In this document: piece by piece, positions 20,210-29,209 of the stretch | How positions within the stretch are numbered: position 1 is the stretch's first letter | Layout of the letters: every line of letters starts with the position of its first letter | Origin: Acidobacteriota bacterium | GTDB lineage: Bacteria > Acidobacteriota > UBA890 > WLXD01 | Length of the DNA stretch: 64,000 nt | Reading direction: 5' to 3' | NCBI GenBank assembly: GCA_965248695.1 | Contig: CBDFKD010000002.1 | Span: 5,697,899 to 5,761,898 of the forward strand | Made by a program: the position numbers and the translations under genes | The notes under the pieces: model-generated | Seen by the model: the letters and a program-made list of their open reading frames with translations, nothing else | What the model was told of the DNA's origin: nothing | Databases searched by the model: none

Positions 20210-20547
20210 ATCACCCTCTCGCTACCACCGAGCCCTTCGATCGCCTCGAGGACATCCGACCGGCTCGGCGGTAGAACACGGTCAGCGGCGAGGCGGGCGG
20301 CGACGGCCACGAACATAGGGTCGTGGCCTTGAACACACGCCGTTGTCGGGCGACAGCCGCAGACTGGGCACTCCCAAGACACGTCGTATCCCATCCGCTT
20401 CGCCAACTGCTGCACGGTCTCGTAGCTCGAAGCCCGTCCGCCCGGCGCTCCTTGCCAGATGCATTCGAACTCGTCCTCGCCCACGAGCCGCCAGGCGCTG
20501 GCGGTCGGGTACCGGCCGACGATGATGCAGCGCGGCTTGTCGCCCAT
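20206..20547 (-). CDS. Hypothetical protein with CPVC motif
   Basis: Start and stop overlap the neighbouring genes in the element operon. Confidence 0.5.
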   Translation of the reverse strand: MGDKPRCIIVGRYPTASAWRLVGEDEFECIWQGAPGGRASSYETVQQLAKRMGYDVSWECPVCGCRPTTACVQGHDPMFVAVAARLAADRVLPPSRSDVLEAIEGLGGSERVM

Positions 20548-20630
20548 CAGGCTGCGGGCTCCACAACCCAGGGCGCGAGCTTCCACTTGCCGCCGTGGTA
20601 CCGCATGATGGGGCGCGCCGGCGCGGTCAT
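20547..20630 (-). pseudogene. N-terminal remnant of a Dam/D12-class DNA adenine methyltransferase
   Basis: MTAPARPIMRYHGGKWKLAPWVV then stop; matches the (R)YxGGK start motif of D12 MTases. Confidence 0.7.
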
Positions 20631-20782
20631 CCCCAACCCCAGCCGGACGGATACCCACACCGATGGCACAGATTGCGAAAGACGATCGCCTCGATGCGTC
20701 CGGAGCCGCAGCGTGGGCAGCGGCCGAGCAGCGTCAGCGCGCCACGGCGCACCCGGATCCAGACCTCAGCCAGGCGCCTCAT
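20627..20782 (-). CDS. Small Zn-ribbon protein
   Basis: CPRC...CHRC; stop overlaps the MTase remnant start (ATGA). Confidence 0.5.
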   Translation of the reverse strand: MRRLAEVWIRVRRGALTLLGRCPRCGSGRIEAIVFRNLCHRCGYPSGWGWG

Positions 20783-20962
20783 GCGGCCCGCACCCAGCGT
20801 GAACGCCAGGGTGCGCATAGGGTGCGTTTTGAGCACCCGGCGAGAGGCCTGCCCCCCGAAACCACTGTCGCTAAAGGGGTTGGAAATGCCCCGATAAATC
20901 TTCCGCGTCTACGAGCCCACGGCATCCGCTTCCTAGCCGCGCTCCTGCTGCGGCCCAGGCGG

Positions 20963-23900
20963 TCAGTCGCGATCTAGCGGCAAGTTGACGCGACGAGCTG
21001 GCCGCGTGTTGTACTCCCGCTGCCATTCCTGATGCAAAGGCGAGTCCGGGAAGCTCTCATCCAGACCATACGGATAGCTGCTCATGGCATGAAACGGGAG
21101 CGGCTCCACACGATCACCATGCACGGTGTTCGGATCGCCGTCTTTTACCCAGCCGTTGAGGTACACGAGCCAGTCGCGGCGCCAACCGTCTGGTATCGGC
21201 GGCAGCGTGTCGACGAAGCGGAGCACGACCTCATCGCCGGCAGCAATGATCACATAGCGGTCATCCGCCTCCTGGACGAGCTCGTCGACGGCACCGTAGC
21301 GAGTGTAGCCACCGCGGTGCTGATCCCAGTTCGAGCTCGAGCTGACGGTCGCGTAGTCGAATGTCTCGTAGCCGTCGGCGGTGCGCTGCAGCGTCGAGAA
21401 CCCGCGCCAGCGGATCTCGGCCTCGGCGGGCTCCAGGACGTGCAACTGCACCTCGGGTATCGCTCCGGTCATCGGATCGTGCAGCATCACTTCGCCTCCG
21501 AGCGGCACCTCCCACTCTCCCTTCCAGAGCCCGGTGGGGCGTACCCCCTGCGGATGGCGGCCGCCGACGGTATAGAAGGCGGCGTCCCAGTACAGTCGCA
21601 TCGTGGTGGCGACGCGGACGCGCGGATCAGCCGGGTCGATCACATCGGTCACGTCGACGCTGATCGTCGAGTTCTTGGCGTTTGGCAGCCCGATATCCTC
21701 GATCGCCGTACGCCATCCGCCCCGGCCGTCGGGAACCTCGATGGCGACGGGCGCGAACGCGACTCGCGGGTCGTCATCGACCACCAGGTTGATACTGGCG
21801 GTCGCCCAGTACACCCAGCCGGTAAGAAACAGGCGCACGGTGCCGCCCGTTCCAGCGTCGGCGAGCGCCAGCTCCAGGGCGTGGGGAGTGGCGAGCCCCT
21901 CGTACAGTCCGGCGTCGAACGGCGCTGACCAGACGCCGTCGACCGCCGCTAGGGCGGCGCTCCAATCGCGCCCATCCTGATCGATTGCGCTCACCGCTCG
22001 GCGCTCCTCGACCACGAACAGCCGCAGCTCGGGATGGGGCGGCGGCACGAATTTCTCGTCCGGGATCACCGTCGAGCGCTCGGGATGATCCACCGCCACC
22101 AAGCGCGCCGCATCGAGGTATCCGGCCTCGCGGAGCTCCTCGCTCAGCCGCAGCTCCAGTACACCGTCCCGCGGCTTCAGCGCGTCGCCGTCGATGGGAA
22201 CGTACTCGTCGAAATCAGCCGGGTGAATTACTCCGTTGGCGAGCGGCATTCCCAGCGGCGCCACCCCGAGCACCTCGTTGATGAAGCGCCAAGAGGTCCC
22301 GTCCCAGGCGTACAGCAACGGGCACGAGCCCTCGAGGCGTTCCACCTCGGTGACCGGTCCCAGCGTTGCCCGCGCCGGCACGTCGGTCTCGTTCTGCAAG
22401 ATGCCGTTGGGCCAGGTGATCCTCACCACCTCAGCCACCGCGAGATCGCCCAGGCCGACATGCACCGCGGCACGCCGCAATCGGCGGCGCTGGTAGAGCC
22501 CCCCGGCCTTGACTTCTACCGATGCCCCGATGCCGCGAGCGTTGTTCTTGATGCCCGCGAGGCGCACGCTCAGCCAGCTGCCCAGCGGCGCTGGCTGCTC
22601 GTACCAGACGGCGCCGGTGGCCGAGGTCGTGAGAATGTCGACGGCGCCATCGTCGTTACCATCTATCGCGTCGACGAGCTCGGCGCCGTGGCTCTCGAGC
22701 ACCGGCCCGGCGGTGAACTTCCACTGCCCGAGGTTGAGCAGCGTGTGCAGCGCGCCGTCGGCATCGACGACGAGATCGAGCCAGCCGTCGTTGTTCAGAT
22801 CTGCAGCCACCGCACGCCGAACCGGGGTGGCGAAATCGAACTTCCGATCACCGAAGGTACCGTCGCCGTCGTTGCGCAGCCCCTGGAGCCCGTTGCCACC
22901 AGCGAGCACCAGGTCGACGGCACCGTCGTTGTCGAAGTCCTCGGCGATCGCGTCGACCGTCGCCGCATCTCCTGCAGCGCCGACCGCGGCGCCGATCTCC
23001 GCAAAGCTGCCACCGCGCAGGTTGGTGTACAGCGTCGTCGGGGCGCCATCGGCGACGACATAGAAATCGATGTCGCTGTCGTCGTCGAAGTCGGCCCAGG
23101 TGACGGCAATGGCCGGCGCCTGTGCCTCTAACCCGGCCGCGACGGTAGCGTCGGCGAACTCATCCCCTCCATGATTGAGGATCAGTCGCAAACCCGGGCC
23201 GTCTCCGCGTGTAGCGATCAGCAGATCAAGGTCGCCATCATGGTCGGCGTCTACCCAGGTGACCTCGGTGGCATCAGGCGTCGACGGTAGCCCGGTAGCC
23301 GCCACCGGCGCGAAGCGTGCTGTCGGTCCGTCCGCCAGGTTGCGGAACAGTCGCCCAGTCGCCGCCACCACGTAGAGGTCCGGGCGGCCATCGCGATCGG
23401 CGTCGCCGAGCGCCGCCGGGCCCGCCCCACGACCGCCGAGTGAAGGACTGCCGACCTGCACCAATTCCACGCGCTCGGCTCCGAGATCGCCAGCAAGCAA
23501 CCGCGAATCGGGAGCCGGCGGCAGCAGCACCTCGCGGCGCGTGAACGTCAGCTCTCCCGCCGTATTCGCCGACGGCAATGTGAAGTTGGTCCGCGGCACC
23601 TCGATACGCTTGTAGCGGCCCGCCTCCAGTGCTGCCGGCGCCCGTTGTGCCTGCGAAAGTCGACGCTGGTACGTCTGGTAGCTCTCCAGAAGCGGCCGTG
23701 CCGCTTCGCGATCACCGCCACGCTGCAACAGGAAAGCGGCACGGTAGGTGGCCGACACGAAGTGCTGCAGGCCGATATCGAACCCCATGCCCATCACGAC
23801 GCCATAGTGCTCGTGCGCCGACTCCACGTCTTGCAGCGCTTCGTAGGTCGCCCCGAGGTTGTAGCGGATCGCAGGATCGGCAGGATCGAGATCGACGGAC

Positions 23901-24268
23901 CGATCGAAAGCTGCCTGCGCTTCTTCCATGCGGCCCCGCTTGGCATGTAACAGACCCCGCAGATACGGTGCGCCGGCGTGATCCGGGTCGAGCCGCTCGG
24001 TCGTGTCGAGGGCGGCGAACACATTGGCGTCGTCGTCCGGGGTTTCTGCGACCTCGTACAGGGCCAGCGCCAGGTTCATCCAGTCCGGTGCGGTCGCTCC
24101 AGACTCAGCCACCACGGCGCCGAACGCCGCCACCGCAGCAGTATTCTGCTTTTCCTCATACAGAGCCTGGCCGCGGTTTCGCAGCGATTGCTGCGCAACG
24201 TCCTGGGAAAGGCCGGGCCCCACCAGCGGGCCACAGACGAAAGCGGCAGCCGCCACGACGATCGGCAT
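20963..24268 (-). CDS. Secreted TPR + FG-GAP + ASPIC/UnbV (CRTAC1-like) protein
   Basis: N-terminal TPRs, repeated D.D.DG..DL motifs, NARGIGASVEV...HVGLG...ITWPNG, GSCPLLYAWDG; start uncertain. Confidence 0.85.
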   Translation of the reverse strand: MPIVVAAAAFVCGPLVGPGLSQDVAQQSLRNRGQALYEEKQNTAAVAAFGAVVAESGATAPDWMNLALALYEVAETPDDDANVFAALDTTERLDPDHAGAPYLRGLLHAKRGRMEEAQAAFDRSVDLDPADPAIRYNLGATYEALQDVESAHEHYGVVMGMGFDIGLQHFVSATYRAAFLLQRGGDREAARPLLESYQTYQRRLSQAQRAPAALEAGRYKRIEVPRTNFTLPSANTAGELTFTRREVLLPPAPDSRLLAGDLGAERVELVQVGSPSLGGRGAGPAALGDADRDGRPDLYVVAATGRLFRNLADGPTARFAPVAATGLPSTPDATEVTWVDADHDGDLDLLIATRGDGPGLRLILNHGGDEFADATVAAGLEAQAPAIAVTWADFDDDSDIDFYVVADGAPTTLYTNLRGGSFAEIGAAVGAAGDAATVDAIAEDFDNDGAVDLVLAGGNGLQGLRNDGDGTFGDRKFDFATPVRRAVAADLNNDGWLDLVVDADGALHTLLNLGQWKFTAGPVLESHGAELVDAIDGNDDGAVDILTTSATGAVWYEQPAPLGSWLSVRLAGIKNNARGIGASVEVKAGGLYQRRRLRRAAVHVGLGDLAVAEVVRITWPNGILQNETDVPARATLGPVTEVERLEGSCPLLYAWDGTSWRFINEVLGVAPLGMPLANGVIHPADFDEYVPIDGDALKPRDGVLELRLSEELREAGYLDAARLVAVDHPERSTVIPDEKFVPPPHPELRLFVVEERRAVSAIDQDGRDWSAALAAVDGVWSAPFDAGLYEGLATPHALELALADAGTGGTVRLFLTGWVYWATASINLVVDDDPRVAFAPVAIEVPDGRGGWRTAIEDIGLPNAKNSTISVDVTDVIDPADPRVRVATTMRLYWDAAFYTVGGRHPQGVRPTGLWKGEWEVPLGGEVMLHDPMTGAIPEVQLHVLEPAEAEIRWRGFSTLQRTADGYETFDYATVSSSSNWDQHRGGYTRYGAVDELVQEADDRYVIIAAGDEVVLRFVDTLPPIPDGWRRDWLVYLNGWVKDGDPNTVHGDRVEPLPFHAMSSYPYGLDESFPDSPLHQEWQREYNTRPARRVNLPLDRD

Positions 24269-24508
24269 CGGGGCACGCCGCCAGCTGCTACGAAGGCTTG
24301 GTTGCGGACGCTCACACGACACGGTTTCTCTCCATCCCCCTCTCGTCCGGCCTATGTCTGTGCAGAGTTTAGTGCGTCCCCGGACTAGCCGCTGGTGCGG
24401 ACACCGCCGACCTCGCCCGGTAGTGGAAGAGATCCGATGCCGTCGGGGCACTCGTTTTGCTGGGGCTGCCGGCGTTATAAATAGGTACGCTCAAAAGTGG
24501 GGGAAGCC

Positions 24509-24883
24509 ATGCGGCGAAACATAGTCGTCTTTCTATTCGGGTTCTTGGCCGGTGTAACGGTGATCCATTTCCTCGAGGGCCCGCTGGATTTGGGGCTGCT
24601 GCGCGACGAGGCCTCGGAAGCATTGGACGAGGCCAGCCGCGGCGCCCGCGATCTGCGGCTGGCAACCAAGGTGCGCGCAGCGTTGGCACTCCACAAGGAC
24701 TTCGGTCTGTTCGACATAGGGGTCGAGGCCGACGCCGACGAGGGCAGCATCACCCTGGCGGGACAGGTGGGCACCACCGACCAGCGCGCCCTTGCGGCGC
24801 TCATCACGCGAGGCGTCGACGGCGTCGAGGACGTTGACAATCGTCTCGAGGTGCATCGCGCACCGGAGCCCACGCAGGAGTAG
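24509..24883 (+). CDS. BON-domain protein
   Basis: DLRLATKVRAAL...ITLAGQV...GVDGVEDVDNRL; N-terminal TM. Confidence 0.82.
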   Translation: MRRNIVVFLFGFLAGVTVIHFLEGPLDLGLLRDEASEALDEASRGARDLRLATKVRAALALHKDFGLFDIGVEADADEGSITLAGQVGTTDQRALAALITRGVDGVEDVDNRLEVHRAPEPTQE

Positions 24884-25009
24884 TCGGAGCAATCCGCGGG
24901 CCACAAGAGAAATGGGCCGACGACGCGGTCATCGGCCCCTTGTGCTTCTGGTCGTCTTCGCGCCGCGGGATCGGCAACCTTCGCGCCGCGGCTCGACTAC
25001 GGAATCAGG

Positions 25010-25306
25010 CTACTCGTCGTACGGCACGTCGGACAGCACGTAGTTCAGCGGCGTGTATTCGGTCCACTTGGCCGGTACTTCCTCGTCCATGAAGATCGCG
25101 TCCACCGGACAGACAGGCTCGCAGGCGCCACAGTCGATGCACTCCTCGGGGTGGATATAGAGGATCTGCTCCTTACCCTCGGGTGCTTTCACACCGTGCA
25201 CGCTCATGCCGTCATCGTCGATCTCGTAGATACAGTCGACCGGACAGACTTCTACGCAGGCTCGATCGCGTACGTTCACGCACGGCTCAGCGATGATGTA
25301 GGTCAT
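25010..25306 (-). CDS. Ferredoxin (7Fe/8Fe type)
   Basis: [10 protein letters not shown] and [12 protein letters not shown]. Confidence 0.93.
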   Translation of the reverse strand: MTYIIAEPCVNVRDRACVEVCPVDCIYEIDDDGMSVHGVKAPEGKEQILYIHPEECIDCGACEPVCPVDAIFMDEEVPAKWTEYTPLNYVLSDVPYDE

Positions 25307-25623
25307 CCTGACATCTCTCCTACTGTGACCCGCTTCCCAGTATGACCAGACTCGTCAAGAGGCCGGGGTTGCTTTCTGGACGTCATGACGAGCCCTGATG
25401 TGCTCGCACGGTCACAGTAACACAAGGCCTCGGAGCCAGCAAAACACCTTTCAGCGCCTCGATTCGGGCGCCATTTCGAAAAAAACCTCGTCGCGTTTTG
25501 CACACCCCGACCGCCGCACTTTCGCCCACCTTGGCGTATTTCCGTCGCACCGGTGAACACTGTACAGACTGAACATACGGGCGCTCCGCAGCCCTGCGGG
25601 CCTTGTTGTTTTCCACACAATTT

Positions 25624-25671
25624 CCACAATACCTTGCGGACCTGTTGATGCTGACCCCCCACATGTTGTGG
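25624..25671. promoter_or_regulatory. Tandem NrdR boxes
   Basis: CCACAATACCTTGCGG (25624-25639) and CCCCCACATGTTGTGG (25656-25671), 32 bp apart, upstream of an RNR gene; TTGACA-18-TAGAAC follows at 25680-25709. Confidence 0.75.
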
Positions 25672-25792
25672 TCGGTGTCTTGACAAGCTCGAAAGCAGCG
25701 AGGTAGAACATGGAGCCTCGGTAGGATCGCTAGCGGTCGCGCAGCGGGCCAATCAGCCTCCGAAACGCCCCAAACTGCGGAGCACCTGTACT

Positions 25793-28591
25793 ATGTCCCC
25801 TGACAAGAACCCGCCTCCCGGCTCCAGCGCCTCGCAGACGGTGGATCCCTCTCCACGCGGGGCTCAGGCCAGCAGGAAGCAGTCAACGGCAAAGAAGCGC
25901 AAAGCCGCTAAGAAACGCGCCGGCCTGAGCTTCACGCGTTACTACAGCACCGAAGGCGTACACCCCTACGACGCCGTCGAGTGGGAGCGTCGCGACGCCG
26001 TCATCGAAAGCCATTCGGGAGGCTTGGTTTTCGAGCAGGCGGACGTCGAGTTCCCGGTGTCCTGGAGCCAGCGCGCCACAAACATCGTGGCGTCGAAGTA
26101 CTTCCATGGCCAGCTCGGTACACCGGATCGTGAATCGAGCCTCAAGCAGCTGATAGGCCGTGTCGTCGGTGCCATGACGCAGTGGGGAATCGATGGGGAC
26201 TATTTTGCCAGCGACGAGGATGCCGAGGTCTTCTCGGATGAGCTGACGCACCTGCTACTGCATCAGATGGTGGCGTTCAACTCGCCGGTTTGGTTCAACA
26301 TCGGCGTCGCGGGCGAGCGCCAGCAGGCGTCCGCCTGCTACATCAACCACGTCGCGGACAAGATGGAATCGATCCTCGACCTGGCGAAGACGGAAGGGCT
26401 GATCTTCAAGTTCGGATCAGGCGCGGGCGTCAACCTGTCGCGACTACGGGGGTCCACCGAGCATCTGTCGGGGGGCGGCATCGCGTCCGGGCCGGTTTCG
26501 TTCATGAAGGGGTTCGACGCGTTTGCCGGGGTGATCAAGAGCGGTGGGAAGACCCGCCGCGCCGCCAAGATGATCATCCTCGATATCGATCACCCGGACA
26601 TCGTCGAGTTCATCGAGTGCAAGGGGGCAGAGGAGCGCAAAGCCTGGGCGTTGATCAGCGCCGGCTATGACCCGTCGCTCGACGGCGAAGCCTATGCCTC
26701 GGTGTTCTTCCAGAACGCCAACCACAGCGTGCGCGTATCGGACGCGTTCATGGAAGCAGTGGAGAACAACGCCGACTGGACCACTGTGGGGCGCGTCGAA
26801 GGCAAGCCGGTCGGGTCACACAAAGCCAGAGAGCTGCTGCACAAGATCGCCAACGAGACCTGGCAGTGCGGCGACCCCGGGATGCAATACGACGACACCA
26901 TCAATCGCTGGCACACCTGCAAGGCCACCGATCGGATCTACGGGTCGAACCCGTGTTCCGAGTACATGTTCCTGGATGAAACGGCCTGCAACCTGGCGTC
27001 GCTCAACCTCCTGCAGTTTCAGCAGGAGGACGGCACATTCGACGTGCAGAGCTTCCGCAAGGCGGTCGACACGGTGTTCACGGCGATGGAGATCGTGGTC
27101 GGTTACGCCGACTACCCGACCGAGAAGATCACCAAGAACTCACACGACTACCGGCCGCTGGGGCTTGGCTACGCCAACCTCGGTGCCCTGCTGATGCACC
27201 AGGGGCTGCCCTACGATTCCGAGGAAGGGCGCACCTACTCTGCCGCCATCACCGCGATCATGACTGGTGAGGCATACGCGCAGTCGGCGCGCATCGCCGA
27301 GGTGAAGGGTCCGTTTGCGGGCTACCCGGCGAACACGGAAGCGATGATCGGCGTGACCCGCATGCACCGCGACGCGGCGTACGACATGGACGACGCTTCG
27401 CTTCCGAGCTCGATGTCGCGCGCTGCGCGACATGTCTGGGACCGCGCAGTGGATCTCGGAGAGGAGCACGGTTACCGCAACTCCCAGGCGTCCGTGCTCG
27501 CTCCGACAGGAACGATCAGCTTCATGATGGATTGCGACACCACCGGTGTTGAGCCCGATCTGGCGCTCGTGAAGCACAAGCGCCTGGTCGGCGGTGGCAC
27601 GCTCAAGATCATCAACGAATCCGTACCGGCGGCGCTGCGCAAGCTGGGCTACAACCGCGACCAGGTCGAGCGGATCGTCGAGCACATAAACACGACGAGC
27701 ACAATCGAAGGATCGGCCGATCTCAGAGACGAACATCTGCCGGTTTTCGATTGCGCCTTCCGGCCACCGAACGGCGACCGCTCGATCCACCACTCCGGCC
27801 ACCTGACGATGCTGGCGGCAACGCAGCCGTTCATCTCCGGCGCCATCTCGAAGACCATCAACATGCCGGCAGACACCACCGTCGATGACGTCGGCGATGC
27901 CTACATGGAGGCGTGGAAGCTGGGGCTGAAGGCAGTCGCGATCTACCGCGACGGGAGCAAGCGGTCGCAGCCGCTGGCGACGACCGCCTTGCAGTCCCAG
28001 GGCCAAGCAGCAGAACCGGGCGCCCCTGTCCGGCGCCGGCTTGCCGATGAGCGCAATTCGGTCACCCACAAGTTCTCGATCGCCGGCCACAAGGGGTACA
28101 TCACCGTGGGCCTGTACGAGGACGGGCAACCGGGCGAAGTGTTCATCACGATGGCGAAGCAGGGCTCAACTATTTCGGGCCTGATGGATTCCTTTGCCAG
28201 CATGACCTCGTTCGCCCTGCAGTACGGAGTACCGCTCCGGTTCCTGGTGCAGAAATGTGTCAACGCCCGATTCGAGCCGTCCGGCTACACGGGCAATCCG
28301 GAAATCCGGTTCGCGAAGTCGATAACGGACTACATCTTCCGGTGGATGGCGGGCCGTTTCCTGACCGAAGCCGAGCGCCAGCAACTCGGACTCGGTAGCG
28401 AGGAAGCGGCCGCACCAGCGCCGATGGAAGCAACCGACGTGAACACGACCACCAGCACGGCGACGGCCGACGTTTACGGCTTCGTCCCGCCAACGGACGC
28501 ACCCCTGTGTGCCGAGTGCGGGTCGCTCATGGTCGCCAACGGAAGTTGTCACAAATGCATGAACTGCGGATCGACCTCGGGGTGCTCCTGA
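25793..28591 (+). CDS. nrdJ: Class II (B12-dependent) ribonucleotide reductase
   Basis: FNSPVWFN, SACYI, SNPCSEY, CNLAS, APTGT, ISKTINMP; C-terminal TSCPD region and Zn ribbon CAECG...CMNCGSTSGCS. Confidence 0.96.
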   Translation: MSPDKNPPPGSSASQTVDPSPRGAQASRKQSTAKKRKAAKKRAGLSFTRYYSTEGVHPYDAVEWERRDAVIESHSGGLVFEQADVEFPVSWSQRATNIVASKYFHGQLGTPDRESSLKQLIGRVVGAMTQWGIDGDYFASDEDAEVFSDELTHLLLHQMVAFNSPVWFNIGVAGERQQASACYINHVADKMESILDLAKTEGLIFKFGSGAGVNLSRLRGSTEHLSGGGIASGPVSFMKGFDAFAGVIKSGGKTRRAAKMIILDIDHPDIVEFIECKGAEERKAWALISAGYDPSLDGEAYASVFFQNANHSVRVSDAFMEAVENNADWTTVGRVEGKPVGSHKARELLHKIANETWQCGDPGMQYDDTINRWHTCKATDRIYGSNPCSEYMFLDETACNLASLNLLQFQQEDGTFDVQSFRKAVDTVFTAMEIVVGYADYPTEKITKNSHDYRPLGLGYANLGALLMHQGLPYDSEEGRTYSAAITAIMTGEAYAQSARIAEVKGPFAGYPANTEAMIGVTRMHRDAAYDMDDASLPSSMSRAARHVWDRAVDLGEEHGYRNSQASVLAPTGTISFMMDCDTTGVEPDLALVKHKRLVGGGTLKIINESVPAALRKLGYNRDQVERIVEHINTTSTIEGSADLRDEHLPVFDCAFRPPNGDRSIHHSGHLTMLAATQPFISGAISKTINMPADTTVDDVGDAYMEAWKLGLKAVAIYRDGSKRSQPLATTALQSQGQAAEPGAPVRRRLADERNSVTHKFSIAGHKGYITVGLYEDGQPGEVFITMAKQGSTISGLMDSFASMTSFALQYGVPLRFLVQKCVNARFEPSGYTGNPEIRFAKSITDYIFRWMAGRFLTEAERQQLGLGSEEAAAPAPMEATDVNTTTSTATADVYGFVPPTDAPLCAECGSLMVANGSCHKCMNCGSTSGCS

Positions 28592-28932
28592 GCTAACGAT
28601 CCGCGGATCTTCTCGCGCAACGCGGTGGGCGGGCCGCACTGGGGTGGGCGGCGGCCTTGCTCACCGCGTTGCCGAGTTTTCGTTATGGACGGGTCGGCCG
28701 GGGCCGGGGGCTGCCTCCCGCCAACGGTCGAGGGCTGCGCTGGCCGACCCGTCTGATCGCCTCTACGAGCCGGCGGCGGTGACGTAACGCCGGCGCGCTT
28801 GCGCGGACCTGATTCCGACGATTGCGGGACGCCACGGCCGCTTGATCCCGTTGCTCCCGGTGGCGCCATCCTGGCCGGCTTGATCTCGCCCGTGAGCCCG
28901 TCCGGCGCTATCGACTTCACTGCTACAGGCCG

Positions 28933-29209
28933 CTAGTGGCCTGTAACAGATGAACGTTGCCTATCGCAGATGGGATTTGCGGGTGAGATCAAGGCGCGGC
29001 GACAAAGTCGATGCTTGGACATCGTCCAGGAGCCGCAACGCCGAGATCGCCCGCAACTGCCCATCTGTCCGCAGGATGGTGGCGAACTGGGCCCGTCTGC
29101 TTCGTTGCTCCTCCTCGAAGATGGGCAAACATCGTCTCGTCGGAGCGCCTGGCATCCGGGCCCATTTCGCCACCACGATAGGCAACGTTCATCTGTTACA
29201 GGCCACTAG
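28933..29209. mobile_element. MITE-like element with perfect 34-bp terminal inverted repeats including flanking CTAG
   Basis: CTAGTGGCCTGTAACAGATGAACGTTGCCTATCG (28933-28966) and its exact reverse complement (29176-29209); no transposase. Confidence 0.85.

Larger units (their letters stand above)
15768..20915 (-). mobile_element. 5.1-kb integrated element (degenerate prophage or satellite) inserted in the folA 3' end
   Basis: Imperfect direct repeat CTTCCGCATTTACGAG (15768-15783) / CTTCCGCGTCTACGAG (20900-20915); integrase and xis at one end; GGGTGCG repeats at both ends. Confidence 0.85.

Noticed and set aside
25310-28591. Cobalamin riboswitch or intein at nrdJ
   Set aside because: No B12-box motif recognised in the leader; protein length and motifs are continuous with no intein-like insert.
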